Below are positions 1-9,508 of a DNA stretch of 36,855 bases, one piece after another. The stretch's first letter is position 1. Every line of letters begins with the position of its first letter. The position numbers and the translations under genes were made by a program. This DNA is from Cyanobacteria bacterium J06626_4 (GTDB taxonomy: Bacteria; Cyanobacteriota; Cyanobacteriia; Phormidesmidales; Phormidesmidaceae): NCBI GenBank assembly GCA_038523235.1, contig JBCBJQ010000058.1:1-36855 (forward strand). The letters run 5' to 3'. Below the pieces are notes generated by a model. That model made no database searches. It was given only the letters and a program-made list of their open reading frames with translations, and was not told the DNA's origin.

Positions 1-92
1 GTTTGAAATAGGTTCAAACTATTCTGGATATCCTCATCAGGAGAATCCATATTAGATAGAGCGTATTCACTCAAAGCTTTGGGATCAAACAT
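1..92 (-). CDS. Hypothetical protein, N-terminal part only (runs off the window); possibly PatU-related
   Basis: ATG at 92-90 opens a frame (MFDPKALSEYALSNMDSPDEDIQNSLNLFQ...) to the window edge; it is in frame with the upstream 105-254 ORF. Confidence 0.45.
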   Translation of the reverse strand, partial: MFDPKALSEYALSNMDSPDEDIQNSLNLFQ

Positions 93-104
93 GAGTTCCC
101 GTTT

Positions 105-254
105 TCATATTGCAATCAACAACCTAGAACAAGCAACACGCTGCAAGGCTTGAAAATTCTCGCGATGTTCAATAAAGCCAGCTGTATTTCTTGAACAATC
201 GATGTTCACCCAGAAATTTTTTTCCTCATCGCGGATATGACATTCCTTATCCAT
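105..254 (-). CDS. Small hypothetical protein (MDKECHIRDEEKNFW...EHRENFQALQRVACSRLLIAI)
   Basis: Internal ATG of ORF 105..302; the segment resembles, from memory only, the 5' portion of cyanobacterial patU-like loci. Confidence 0.4.
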   Translation of the reverse strand: MDKECHIRDEEKNFWVNIDCSRNTAGFIEHRENFQALQRVACSRLLIAI

Positions 255-555
255 ATCCACATTAGACAGGGAAGAAGCCGACTTTGAAGGGCGGAGATGC
301 ACTGAGTTTACCCATCAGACTAATCTGAATCGCAAACCTTTGACAACAACTAAGAATTCCCAGCGGATGGAAAACCGCATGAGCTGTGCCCACTGTAGGC
401 GATCGCTAAGAGCGTGTGATGCCACGACCTCTCAACGACCCCCCATGGATTCTCCGGCAGGCAGACCTCAATCATTGAAGAAGTAACCGCCCGCCGATAT
501 CGCTGCGTTATCGCTGTTCTTAGGCCACAGCGTAGCGCATCAACCTACGACTAAG

Positions 556-570
556 GGGGGCATCACCCCC
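556..570. promoter_or_regulatory. GGGGG-CATCA-CCCCC inverted repeat, HetR-box-like (GGG-N5-CCC)
   Basis: Perfect 5+5+5 inverted repeat about 300 bp upstream of the minus-strand ORF at 105-254. Confidence 0.3.
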
Positions 571-1223
571 TGGCCTCATAGCGATTTCAATTGATTTTGC
601 CCTGACTTCACGAAGGCTCTACGTTAGGCAGCTCGGCCAAAGCTGCGTCACATTTTTTGGTGAGCCCTGTCACGACTAGTGCAGCTCTAAAGTCGGACTT
701 GCTCAACCTGCCAACATATTCCCCCAACCAAATTTGCGACGCCACAGTTCACCGTCAAAAAGACCATCAGACATGGCATCTCAATTACTAAAGATTTTCT
801 TGAGATTGACACATTCGCCCCCTGCTCTCCCCCAATTCAACGGTTTCTGACGCTGGGTTCCTCAAAATTGAAGCCAGGGGACCCCAGAGCCCGCCAAGAA
901 AGTCCTCCCTTGACTCAAAAATGCGACTGGTCTGAGGGGATGATTTAAGCACTGTTCCTCACGGAGCGGATATTGCGACGGAGCACAAGGCAAGATAACG
1001 ATTAACGACGGCAGGCACTCTGGAGTCATGGTGACGAAGTCGTGGCTATCTGCCATGACCAGTGACCGATCTAGAGCCGGTTGATGACGCAGTGAGTAAC
1101 GTCCATCGCCCATTCAGAGAATCGTGATGCGTTTGATTAAGTGAGCTGCCTGACTGATTGATCGGGCCTCAGAGGTTAGGATAATTAGCAGAAAATTTGA
1201 AACGCTGATTGAGGTGTGAATTT

Positions 1224-1496
1224 ATGGCAACGCCCAACATCGAAATTTATACTTGGAGCCGCTGCCCTTTTTGTATTAGAGCGAAAGCCCTGCTCGACCA
1301 AAAAAACGTCGACTACACCGAGTATTGCATTGATGGTGACGAAGACGCTCGAGACCAAATGGCCGAAAGAACCCAGGGCAAGCGCTCTGTCCCTCAGATT
1401 TTTGTCGATGGGCAGCATCTCGGTGGCTGCGATGACATCTATGGACTAGATCAGCGGGGCCAGTTAGATCAACTACTGGCAGCCGGGCAAACCTAA
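1224..1496 (+). CDS. grxC: Glutaredoxin 3
   Basis: CPFC active site, SVPQIF and GGCDD motifs; ATG at 1224 preceded by GAGG. Confidence 0.95.
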   Translation: MATPNIEIYTWSRCPFCIRAKALLDQKNVDYTEYCIDGDEDARDQMAERTQGKRSVPQIFVDGQHLGGCDDIYGLDQRGQLDQLLAAGQT

Positions 1497-1524
1497 AAAC
1501 AGCATCCGGCAAAACTCTGCGCAA

Positions 1525-1584
1525 TTAAAATCCCTCCCCCCTCAAGGTATCAGGCTGACCTGGCTTGGGGAGGAGGGACATTAA
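1525..1584 (-). terminator. Stem-loop between convergent grxC and hpf
   Basis: TCCCTCCCCCCTCAAG...CTTGGGGAGGAGGGA imperfect inverted repeat, followed by TTTTAA on the minus strand. Confidence 0.6.
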
Positions 1585-1614
1585 TAGCAACATGAACACG
1601 TCGGCAGACAGACT

Positions 1615-2244
1615 TTAAGCAGCCGATGCCGTCCGCTGGCGACTATCCTCATGATTCGCCTGGTGATTTTGTCGAGGTTGCAGCAACCCATAACCGCCAT
1701 GGTTGCGCTCATAGGCAACGTTGATCTCACCCGTCTCGGCATTTAAGAACATGTAGAAGTCGTGATCGACCAGTTCAAGCTGTTCTAGAGCGTCGTGAAC
1801 GGTCATTGGCGGCATGGAGAAATACTTGGTTCGCACGACAGCCTCAGGCAGCACCGGAGCCTTGGCTAATACCTGGGAAACATCGACAGTCGGATCTTCA
1901 GTCGTGACTAATGCATCGTTAGGTTTCACCGATGAAGAATTACGATTTTGTCGCTTTTCCTTGTATTTCCGCAGTTGACGGGTGATTTTATTAGCGACCA
2001 GGTCAATGCTGGCGTATAGGTTTTCGCTGCTTTCTTCAGCTCTGACGACGGCACCGTTGATGTAGAGTGTGACTTCAGCACTTTGCTTAGGCGTTATCCG
2101 AGCATTTTTAGCTACTGATAAGTTGACGTCTACTTCGTTAGTCAGGTGTTCGAAATGATGAACAGCCTTGGAAATTTTCTGGTCGACGTAACTGCGGATG
2201 GCATCTGTGATCTCAATGTTTTTACCTTGAATCACGAGCTTCAT
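1615..2244 (-). CDS. hpf: Long-form ribosome hibernation promoting factor (LrtA/HPF)
   Basis: [13 protein letters not shown] start, LYASIDLV...[10 protein letters not shown]-terminal [11 protein letters not shown]...LVDHDFYMF...[10 protein letters not shown]. Confidence 0.97.
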   Translation of the reverse strand: MKLVIQGKNIEITDAIRSYVDQKISKAVHHFEHLTNEVDVNLSVAKNARITPKQSAEVTLYINGAVVRAEESSENLYASIDLVANKITRQLRKYKEKRQNRNSSSVKPNDALVTTEDPTVDVSQVLAKAPVLPEAVVRTKYFSMPPMTVHDALEQLELVDHDFYMFLNAETGEINVAYERNHGGYGLLQPRQNHQANHEDSRQRTASAA

Positions 2245-2393
2245 AGAGTCGCCTCCGTACGATATTCCTTACTGATTTCACCCTAACACCTTGTATTCTG
2301 GACGACAGTTGCCTTCAGAATCCTTTGCAACGGTTGATATTTCTTGATTGCTTTTTTTGAATTTTTCTCTCCATGAAGGACTGCGGATCTGCT

Positions 2394-3107
2394 ATGAGTC
2401 GCTTGAGCGGGACTGATGTGCCCGTGATCGCCCCGCCGCCGTGCCGTTTGTACCGCTTGGGCCTGATTCCCTATGCCACCGCTTGGGCCTGGCAAAAAGG
2501 CCTGCTGCAGGCGCTGCGTCAAGAGCCCACTCGCCCCGACACTTTGTTGTTGCTGGAGCATCCAGCCGTATACACCCTCGGTCAGGGATCAGATGAAACC
2601 TTCCTCAAATTTGCGCCTCAACCTCAAATGCCACCAGTGGTGAAGATTGAGCGCGGTGGAGAAGTGACTTACCACTGTCCGGGGCAGCTTGTGGGCTACC
2701 CGATTCTCAACTTGCGGCGCCATCGCCCCGATCTGCATTGGTATTTACGGCAGCTTGAAGAAGTCGTAATTCGCACGCTTGCGGTTTTCGATATTCCTGG
2801 CGAGCGCTTAGTCGGGCTGACAGGCGTTTGGGTTCACGGGCACAAGGTCGCGGCCATTGGGATCAAGGTCAGCCGCTGGATCACCATGCATGGCTTTGCG
2901 CTCAACGTGAATCCCGACCTATCAGGCTTTCAGCACATTGTCCCCTGTGGCATTGAGGACAAACCGGTGGGTAGTCTGGTGCAGTTTCGCCCCGAGCTAA
3001 CCCGTTTTGAGGTGCAGAGCGTTTTAGAAGAGGCATTTGCTGAGGTATTTCAATGTCAGCTGCAGCTACAGGCACCCGCTACCTTGATCGGGGACGGATC
3101 AGCTTGA
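2394..3107 (+). CDS. lipB: Lipoyl(octanoyl) transferase
   Basis: [41 protein letters not shown] and IVPCGI motifs; alternative start at 2373. Confidence 0.97.
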   Translation: MSRLSGTDVPVIAPPPCRLYRLGLIPYATAWAWQKGLLQALRQEPTRPDTLLLLEHPAVYTLGQGSDETFLKFAPQPQMPPVVKIERGGEVTYHCPGQLVGYPILNLRRHRPDLHWYLRQLEEVVIRTLAVFDIPGERLVGLTGVWVHGHKVAAIGIKVSRWITMHGFALNVNPDLSGFQHIVPCGIEDKPVGSLVQFRPELTRFEVQSVLEEAFAEVFQCQLQLQAPATLIGDGSA

Positions 3108-3641
3108 TGCGCTGAATTCTAGAGAACGCCTCAGGCGATCGGGAGATCGACAGGGAAGCCCAATGGGGAATCTTGTATCTGAACAGGAGGAGGCATGCCT
3201 GAGGCATTGAGAATCAACTGGATTTGGGACATCGCTGGATAGATGAAACCCGACGATTTTCAGGGTCTGGATTGGCGCGATCGCGCCTGGGGCATGGCGC
3301 TAAAAATCGATGGAGTCCAGATCCTAGAGAGCGCTTAGAGCCGCAACTAGAGGCCCCTGCAACCCAGCCTCCTAGGCCCATACCGGCACTCGAATGTTCA
3401 GCTTTGGGAGCCCGCGTCATGAAGGATTAACCTGAAATTCACGATCGCGCGTTACAGTATAAATGACTATGGGTGCTCAGTATGGATGCGGGCTGCTAGC
3501 GGGAAATACGGAATCGTTATTTTGCGATCACCCCTGGCAATCAGCTTAAATCAACGACCTCACAAGGTTGTCAATCCTTGGAACTTCGGCGATACCGACG
3601 TTGGCCAAGCAGTTTGTGTTGAGCAGCTACCAAAACGTCTC

Positions 3642-4037
3642 ATGGATGAAGGGTTTATCTCGCCGGGCACCGACGACAGCTTTTTTACATCAGGTCCGTC
3701 AGTATTCGGGAGGACTGAGTCACAGTCGTTGCGTTCTTCCTCCGGGACTTCTGAGCCTCTGAGCTACCCCGTAGCGCTTCCACAGAGCGGCATGCAACGA
3801 GTGGATACAGGGATTCCGTTGATTTCAAGCACGCAGCGGACTTCGCCCAGTCTCGGCGTGAGCCACGCCAGCCCGATCGCTCCGATGAGAGCCCGTGACA
3901 GTGCGGCTTTGGCTGAGATGTTTGAGGGCGATCGCCTGTCTGAGATTACCTTAGACATTCACCGATATTTGGCCCGAGCTTACCCCGAACCCTGCTGGGA
4001 AGATGAACCCTATGAGTTCCTCCACGGGTATGTTTGA
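3642..4037 (+). CDS. Hypothetical protein with Ser/Pro-rich N-terminus and a compact C-terminal motif
   Basis: Open frame 3486..4037, plausible ATG at 3642; C-terminus LDIHRYLARAYPEPCWEDEPYEFL looks protein-like. Confidence 0.6.
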   Translation: MDEGFISPGTDDSFFTSGPSVFGRTESQSLRSSSGTSEPLSYPVALPQSGMQRVDTGIPLISSTQRTSPSLGVSHASPIAPMRARDSAALAEMFEGDRLSEITLDIHRYLARAYPEPCWEDEPYEFLHGYV

Positions 4038-4096
4038 CGTTTTAGTCAGGACTACACCTAATACTGTTCAGTTCCTAAATCGAGCCTCGTCAACTG

Positions 4097-4555
4097 TTAA
4101 AAAGGAATGTCGTCGTAATCGACTTCGGCGTCAGGCTTGGGGGCGGGGGCCGGGGTCGCGCTCGGCGGAGCACTGGCGACTGCCGATGAGGCCGCAGGAG
4201 CGTTAGCGGTCGCAGGAGCCACCGCCGGTTGCGGAATGCTCAAAGTGCTGAGGTCAGACAGACGATGAACTCGCTGAACCGTCATCTCCGCCTGTTTTTC
4301 TTTGAAACCTTCGGGGCGATCGACCGTATTGATGGACAGTCGCCCTTCCAGTAAAACGCGATCACCGGTGTGATATTGCTCTTGAATTTCCTGCGCCAGG
4401 TTGCCCCAGCCAATGACCTTGAGCCGTTGGGCGGCATCCTCAGCCCGCAGCCCCGGAAAAGCCACCGTCATCTCCGCGATCGCGGTTTGGTTATCTTGGG
4501 TATAGCGCAGTTGCGGTGCGGCAATAATCTCCGCCATTAGCATGCAGTGATTCAT
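4097..4555 (-). CDS. ssb: Single-stranded DNA-binding protein (cyanobacterial type)
   Basis: OB fold (MNHCMLMAEI..PQLRYT, WGNLA, VLLEGRL), Pro/Ala linker and acidic DDIPF tail. Confidence 0.92.
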   Translation of the reverse strand: MNHCMLMAEIIAAPQLRYTQDNQTAIAEMTVAFPGLRAEDAAQRLKVIGWGNLAQEIQEQYHTGDRVLLEGRLSINTVDRPEGFKEKQAEMTVQRVHRLSDLSTLSIPQPAVAPATANAPAASSAVASAPPSATPAPAPKPDAEVDYDDIPF

Positions 4556-7095
4556 GATGCGGTCTCCTGATAAGACTGGTGAATACCTTGCTCTTGTTCA
4601 ATAAAGGCTACAACTCGCTGCCGATACTCGTTGAGTTTTTCATCGACCCAGTCGCGATTTTCGCTATTGGCGTAGATGTGGACTAACGGCTCCCCGGCAT
4701 CTGGCAACACTAAAATCCAGCCATCGATAGTCGGATCGAGAATTTTGACGCCGTCAACCAGCTCTAGCTGTTCCGCTGGATGAGTTTCGACCAGGTGACG
4801 CATTAAAGCGCCCTTCGCCGTCCAGGGACAACGCAAGGTTTGGCTCCGATGAGAAATGCGCGGCAAATCTGACCAGATGTGGCCCAGCGTATGCTCTTGA
4901 ATGGTCAGCATCTCGATCAGCTTAGCAATACAGAACATCGCGTCAAAACCAGGATGCAGCTGCGGAAAGATAAAGCCCATATCGCTGCTGCCACCCAAGA
5001 CCACGTTTTCGTTGGCTTGGCAAGCTTCCATCAGGGCCGTGGGGTTGACCTTCGTGCGAATGACGTTGCCATCGTGACGGCGCGCAATGTGCTCGATCGC
5101 CCCGGTCGCATGCACCGGTACCACCACCGTGCCCCGAGGATTTGCCGTGAGCACCATATGAGTAATCAGCGCAGTCAGCAACTCGCCTCGAATCGGCGTT
5201 CCCACCTCATCAACTAAAACAAACTGCTCACCATTGGCTGAGACCTGCACACCAAAGGTCGCCTGCAGTGCCTGCACGACCTGACCGAGCTGTCCTAACA
5301 TGGCTTCCCGCTCAACTGCCGAAACCGCATTCGGGCGGAGACTCGCGTTTAAGACCACGGCATCGCAATCAAACTTACCCAACAGCACGGGTAAGACCGC
5401 CCCCGACACCGCGTAAGCGTAATCAATCACCAGTTTAGAGTTGCTGCTGCGTACCGCTTCAACATTGAGATGCTCTTCAAACTTAGTGGAGTACACATCA
5501 ATCACGCGGCTAGGATAGGCCACCAACCCAATTTCATGAATCTGAGCCCGCCGCAAGTCTTCTTTGAAATAGGCCCCTTCAATCTTCTTCTCTTTACCCT
5601 TGGGAATATCAATACCAATCTCGTCAAAGAACTCGATCAGCAGGTGATCAGGGCGTTCGGGATGCAGCCGAATATGTACGCCTCCCGTCACATTTAAGGA
5701 CGGCATCACGGCTCGAGCTAAAGGAATCGCCGTCGCCTCGAGGTTTTGAATGTTGATGCCGACCGACATCAAACCGGAAATTAGGGCTCGCGACACCATG
5801 CGAGAAATGCTGCGCTGATCGCGCGACACGGTCACGTAGGAGCCCGCTTTGAGCGTTGAACCATAGGCGGCCCCTAACTTCACGGCAAACTCTGGTGTAA
5901 TGTCGATATTAGCGAGGCCTGATACCCCCCGCTGCCCAAACAGATTACGCTGGGCCGTATTGCCCCAAATTAGGTTGATATTCAAAATGGCTCCCGACTC
6001 AATTTGCTTATTGGGCCATACTCTCACCTTGGGGCTGATCTGAGCTTCTTCACCCACTGTTGACAACGCCCCGATGACCGCCCCCTCTAACACATGGGCC
6101 CGTCGATCAACACGGGTGCCGCGCGAGATTACGCAGGCCTGGAGATAAGCTTCTTCGCCGATGATGGCCCCATTCCACACAATCGAGCGTTCGAGCTGAG
6201 CATCATTGCCGATCGTGACGTTGTCCCCAACCAGCGTGCCCGCCCGCAGCTTGGTCCCGGCCCCAATACGACAGTTGTCGCCAATCATCACCGGCGGCTC
6301 GATTTCGACCGTGGAATCAATTTCAGTGTTGGCACCGATCCAGAGCCCCGGCGATCGCTCAGGGTAGTATTCCAGATCCATCTTGACTTTGCGATCAAGA
6401 ATGTCATATTGCGCTTCTCGATAGGCGTCGAGGTGGCCGACATCACACCAGTAGCCTTCAGCGACATAGCCAAACATGGGTTCCCCTTTGGCGAGCAGCA
6501 GGGGAAACAGGTCTTTAGAAAAATCGGTTTCCTGATTGCTGGGCAGATACTCCAGCACTTCGGGCTCCAAAATATAAGTCCCGGTATTCACCGTATCGGA
6601 GAAAATTTCACTGGTCGAGGGCTTTTCGAGAAACCGCTGGATGCGATTGTCACTGTCAGTGATCACGACGCCAAACTCAACCGGATTTGGCACGTGGGCT
6701 AGCACAAGGGTGGCTTTTGACCCTTTCGCCTTGTGAAAGCGCACTGCCTCTTGCAGGTCAAAGTCAGTGATGCCATCGCCACTGATCACCAAAAAGGTTT
6801 CATCCAGCAGCTCCGCAATATTTTTGACGCAGCCTGCTGTCCCTAAGGGCTGATCTTCTTCCACTGCGTAGGTCATCTGCACGCCAAACTCGCTACCATC
6901 TTGAAAATAGTCGCGCATGACGTCGGGCAAATAATAGAGCGTCGCGATGACTTCATCGACACCGTTGCGCTTGAGGAGATTGATAATGTGCTCGGCAATG
7001 GGGCGATTCAAAATCGGCACCATGGGCTTCGGCAGGTCACAGGTCAGGGGTCGTAACCGGGTGCCCGAACCACCGGCCATTAGTACTGCACGCAT
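4552..7095 (-). CDS. Mannose-1-phosphate guanylyltransferase with hexapeptide repeats, fused to a phosphomannomutase-like domain
   Basis: MRAVLMAGGSGTRLRPLT..PKPM, PLGTAG, FLEKP and YWCDVG motifs, left-handed beta-helix repeats, C-terminal phosphohexomutase-like region. Confidence 0.93.
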   Translation of the reverse strand: MRAVLMAGGSGTRLRPLTCDLPKPMVPILNRPIAEHIINLLKRNGVDEVIATLYYLPDVMRDYFQDGSEFGVQMTYAVEEDQPLGTAGCVKNIAELLDETFLVISGDGITDFDLQEAVRFHKAKGSKATLVLAHVPNPVEFGVVITDSDNRIQRFLEKPSTSEIFSDTVNTGTYILEPEVLEYLPSNQETDFSKDLFPLLLAKGEPMFGYVAEGYWCDVGHLDAYREAQYDILDRKVKMDLEYYPERSPGLWIGANTEIDSTVEIEPPVMIGDNCRIGAGTKLRAGTLVGDNVTIGNDAQLERSIVWNGAIIGEEAYLQACVISRGTRVDRRAHVLEGAVIGALSTVGEEAQISPKVRVWPNKQIESGAILNINLIWGNTAQRNLFGQRGVSGLANIDITPEFAVKLGAAYGSTLKAGSYVTVSRDQRSISRMVSRALISGLMSVGINIQNLEATAIPLARAVMPSLNVTGGVHIRLHPERPDHLLIEFFDEIGIDIPKGKEKKIEGAYFKEDLRRAQIHEIGLVAYPSRVIDVYSTKFEEHLNVEAVRSSNSKLVIDYAYAVSGAVLPVLLGKFDCDAVVLNASLRPNAVSAVEREAMLGQLGQVVQALQATFGVQVSANGEQFVLVDEVGTPIRGELLTALITHMVLTANPRGTVVVPVHATGAIEHIARRHDGNVIRTKVNPTALMEACQANENVVLGGSSDMGFIFPQLHPGFDAMFCIAKLIEMLTIQEHTLGHIWSDLPRISHRSQTLRCPWTAKGALMRHLVETHPAEQLELVDGVKILDPTIDGWILVLPDAGEPLVHIYANSENRDWVDEKLNEYRQRVVAFIEQEQGIHQSYQETAS

Positions 7096-7417
7096 TAGAT
7101 TCTCCTCGTACTTTTAAAGGGGCATATCGCTAAAATACTGAATGCAATGAAGGAGCACATGACGAAGGCATTCACACCATTACAATCGCCGCGCTTCAGG
7201 AATCAGCGGCAAAATTTGTCAGTATTTTTGATCATCGTTGGCTAACGTCACATCTACCGAATAGCATAGACGGGTTTGCGTCGCCGTCTGGGACACAACG
7301 GTTGACCCAGGGACGCGCACTCTCGAATGACGATTCTCTCGTGGAAGCACTACAGGGGGTGTCGCTGCTATTTTAAAGGGTAAGGGAAACAAAACCTGTA
7401 AGGTCGAGGAAACAGTC

Positions 7418-7600
7418 ATGGCACCATTGATTACGTTGATTTTGGTGATCGTTTATGGAACTGGCGCTTGGCGCTTCTGGCGGGGATTTCACCGCACCAA
7501 CTTTAGTCAGGGCAAAGTCAACTTGACGCTACTGTGGCCGCTATATCTCGCTCTCAATAAATCGTATCGCCAAAATTTCAACAAGGCGCTGAAGGGCTAA
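7418..7600 (+). CDS. Small membrane protein (60 aa)
   Basis: GAGG RBS; hydrophobic N-terminal helix, W..F..T.F and LLWP motifs, basic C-terminus. Confidence 0.8.
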   Translation: MAPLITLILVIVYGTGAWRFWRGFHRTNFSQGKVNLTLLWPLYLALNKSYRQNFNKALKG

Positions 7601-7768
7601 GGCTAGCCACCGATAGATGCGGCTAGATTGTGAGTCAGATGTTTCGCCAGCCCCAACTGACCGCTGGGAGCAGGCCTGGTTAGACCTCACAACCCAGGGC
7701 TGGAGTTAATTGATGACGTGCCCTAGGATGACAAGACGCTCTTAACTATCGCGTCTTCACCTCTATTT

Positions 7769-8452
7769 ATGGTTTCTACTTCTTTGCCGGAACGCTTGGA
7801 CGCTGTGGCCGCCCGCTACGATCGCGAATATCGCGGTACCACGGTCGAAGTGCCCGAGGCAGTTGAAGCTTTACCCATCTTTCAAGACTGGGTGGCAGGG
7901 CGGTTGACTGCCCGCATTGCCTCACCGTTTTGGGAAATGGTGAAACCGAAAAAGCTACAGCACTGCCTCGATTTGGGCTGTGGCGGTAGTTTTTTATTTT
8001 ATCCCTGGCGCGATTGGGATGCGCGATTTTATGGCCAAGATATCAGCCCGGCCATCTGTGAGATGGTCAATGCGCGGGGCTCACAGCTCAATTCCAAACT
8101 CTACAAAGGGATGCGCCAGGCGGCGGCTCATCAGTTAGATGCTTATGAGGCCGATCAGTTTGACCTGGTGATCGCCACCGGGGTGAGCTGCTATTACGAA
8201 TGGGACTATTGGGACATCGTGCTGTCGGCGGTCAAAAAAGTGCTGAAGCCAGGAGCGTCGTTTGTGTTTGACGTAATTGACCCCGACCAGCCCTTAGCCG
8301 AAGACTGGGCCATTTTAGAAATGTACCTGGGTGCTGAAATTGAACTGGTGTCGATCGCTCAGTGGAAGCAGCAGCTCAAGGCCACCGGGATCAAAATTCA
8401 AAAAGAGCGCGAGGGTGAGCTATTTCACCTATTTAAGGTGACGTTTCCATGA
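7769..8452 (+). CDS. Class I SAM-dependent methyltransferase
   Basis: CLDLGCG motif I, FDLVIA and VLKPGASF motifs. Confidence 0.9.
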   Translation: MVSTSLPERLDAVAARYDREYRGTTVEVPEAVEALPIFQDWVAGRLTARIASPFWEMVKPKKLQHCLDLGCGGSFLFYPWRDWDARFYGQDISPAICEMVNARGSQLNSKLYKGMRQAAAHQLDAYEADQFDLVIATGVSCYYEWDYWDIVLSAVKKVLKPGASFVFDVIDPDQPLAEDWAILEMYLGAEIELVSIAQWKQQLKATGIKIQKEREGELFHLFKVTFP

Positions 8453-9333
8453 GACGGCGGCTGTGGCTGATTGGGGGCACCCAAGAAAGTCGCCAGCTGG
8501 TTGCCCAACTGTCTGCCTTAGGCACCGATGCCACCCTCGTGCCAGCGGCGCTACTGATTACTGTGACGACGGAGGCTGCGCGATCGCTCTATCCGCCGGA
8601 GTGGACTGACCAGATCTGGGTCGGTCAGGTGGCGGTTCCCCAAGTTGATGACTTTGTGCGTGATTATCAAATCGGGGCCATTTTAGACCTGTCTCATCCC
8701 TTTGCGGCGCAAATTTCTCGCCAGGCGATCGCCCTGGCTCAGTGCCACCAGCTCCCCTACCTGCGCTACGAACGAGCAGTGGTCCAGCCCCCCTTAAACT
8801 CCTGGCGCGATCGACGAGGGCGACCGGGTCGAGTTGAGTTAGCCCAGTTCGCCGATTTATGGCAAGCGGATTATCTGAGTCAAGAGCGGACGTTATTAAC
8901 CATCGGCTCGCGTTTACTCCCGCAATTTGCCCCTTGGCAGACCAAATCCGACCTGTTTGCGCGCGTTTTGCCGTCGCCGCCCGCCCTCGCCGCCGCGCTG
9001 GCGGCGGGGTTTGCCCCCGATCGCATCCTCGCCTTGCGTCCCCCTCTAAGTCCCGCGTTGGAAAAAGCGCTGTGGCAGCAGTGGCACATCACCCAAGTCG
9101 TGACCAAAGCCTCGGGTGCCGTCGGGGGGGAAGATCACAAACAGGCGATCGCGGCTGAGTTGGGGGTGCGCTTGATCCAAATTGCGCGACCGCAAGTGCC
9201 CTATCCGCAGCAAACTGATCGTCTAGATACGGCACTGCAGTTTGCCATCCGCTACGCTATCCAGAGGTGTGATGACGGGCGATCTTCTCCCTCTGACTCG
9301 TGGCTTGGTGCCGCTCCGTGCCGCCCCATCTGA
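8449..9333 (+). CDS. cobK: Precorrin-6A / cobalt-precorrin-6A reductase
   Basis: LIGGTQE, DLSHPFA, YLRYER, ARVLP, VTKASG and IARP motifs; ATGA overlap with the upstream gene. Confidence 0.92.
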   Translation: MRRRLWLIGGTQESRQLVAQLSALGTDATLVPAALLITVTTEAARSLYPPEWTDQIWVGQVAVPQVDDFVRDYQIGAILDLSHPFAAQISRQAIALAQCHQLPYLRYERAVVQPPLNSWRDRRGRPGRVELAQFADLWQADYLSQERTLLTIGSRLLPQFAPWQTKSDLFARVLPSPPALAAALAAGFAPDRILALRPPLSPALEKALWQQWHITQVVTKASGAVGGEDHKQAIAAELGVRLIQIARPQVPYPQQTDRLDTALQFAIRYAIQRCDDGRSSPSDSWLGAAPCRPI

Positions 9334-9508
9334 CGGGTCGGCGTAGCTGACTCAAGTCACCAAAGCGGCAGACAAAATCCGGGTCGAAAAACGCGGATTT
9401 CTACGCATCAGATTCGGGTGATCGCTTTTAATCAGGAGTGCTATGCTTAATCCCCAATAAGTTCACTTTAGGAAAAGTGAGCAGTCTTAGCTGTGCTCCC
9501 GGAGCCCC

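Noticed and set aside
862..1113. 83-aa minus-strand ORF; also searched by eye for a PatS/PatX RGSGR peptide in 300-1200
   Set aside because: No recognisable motif; the closest match is AGSGV, not RGSGR
3214..3430. Two overlapping 68-aa ORFs after lipB
   Set aside because: No RBS or protein-like features; more likely promoter or leader DNA
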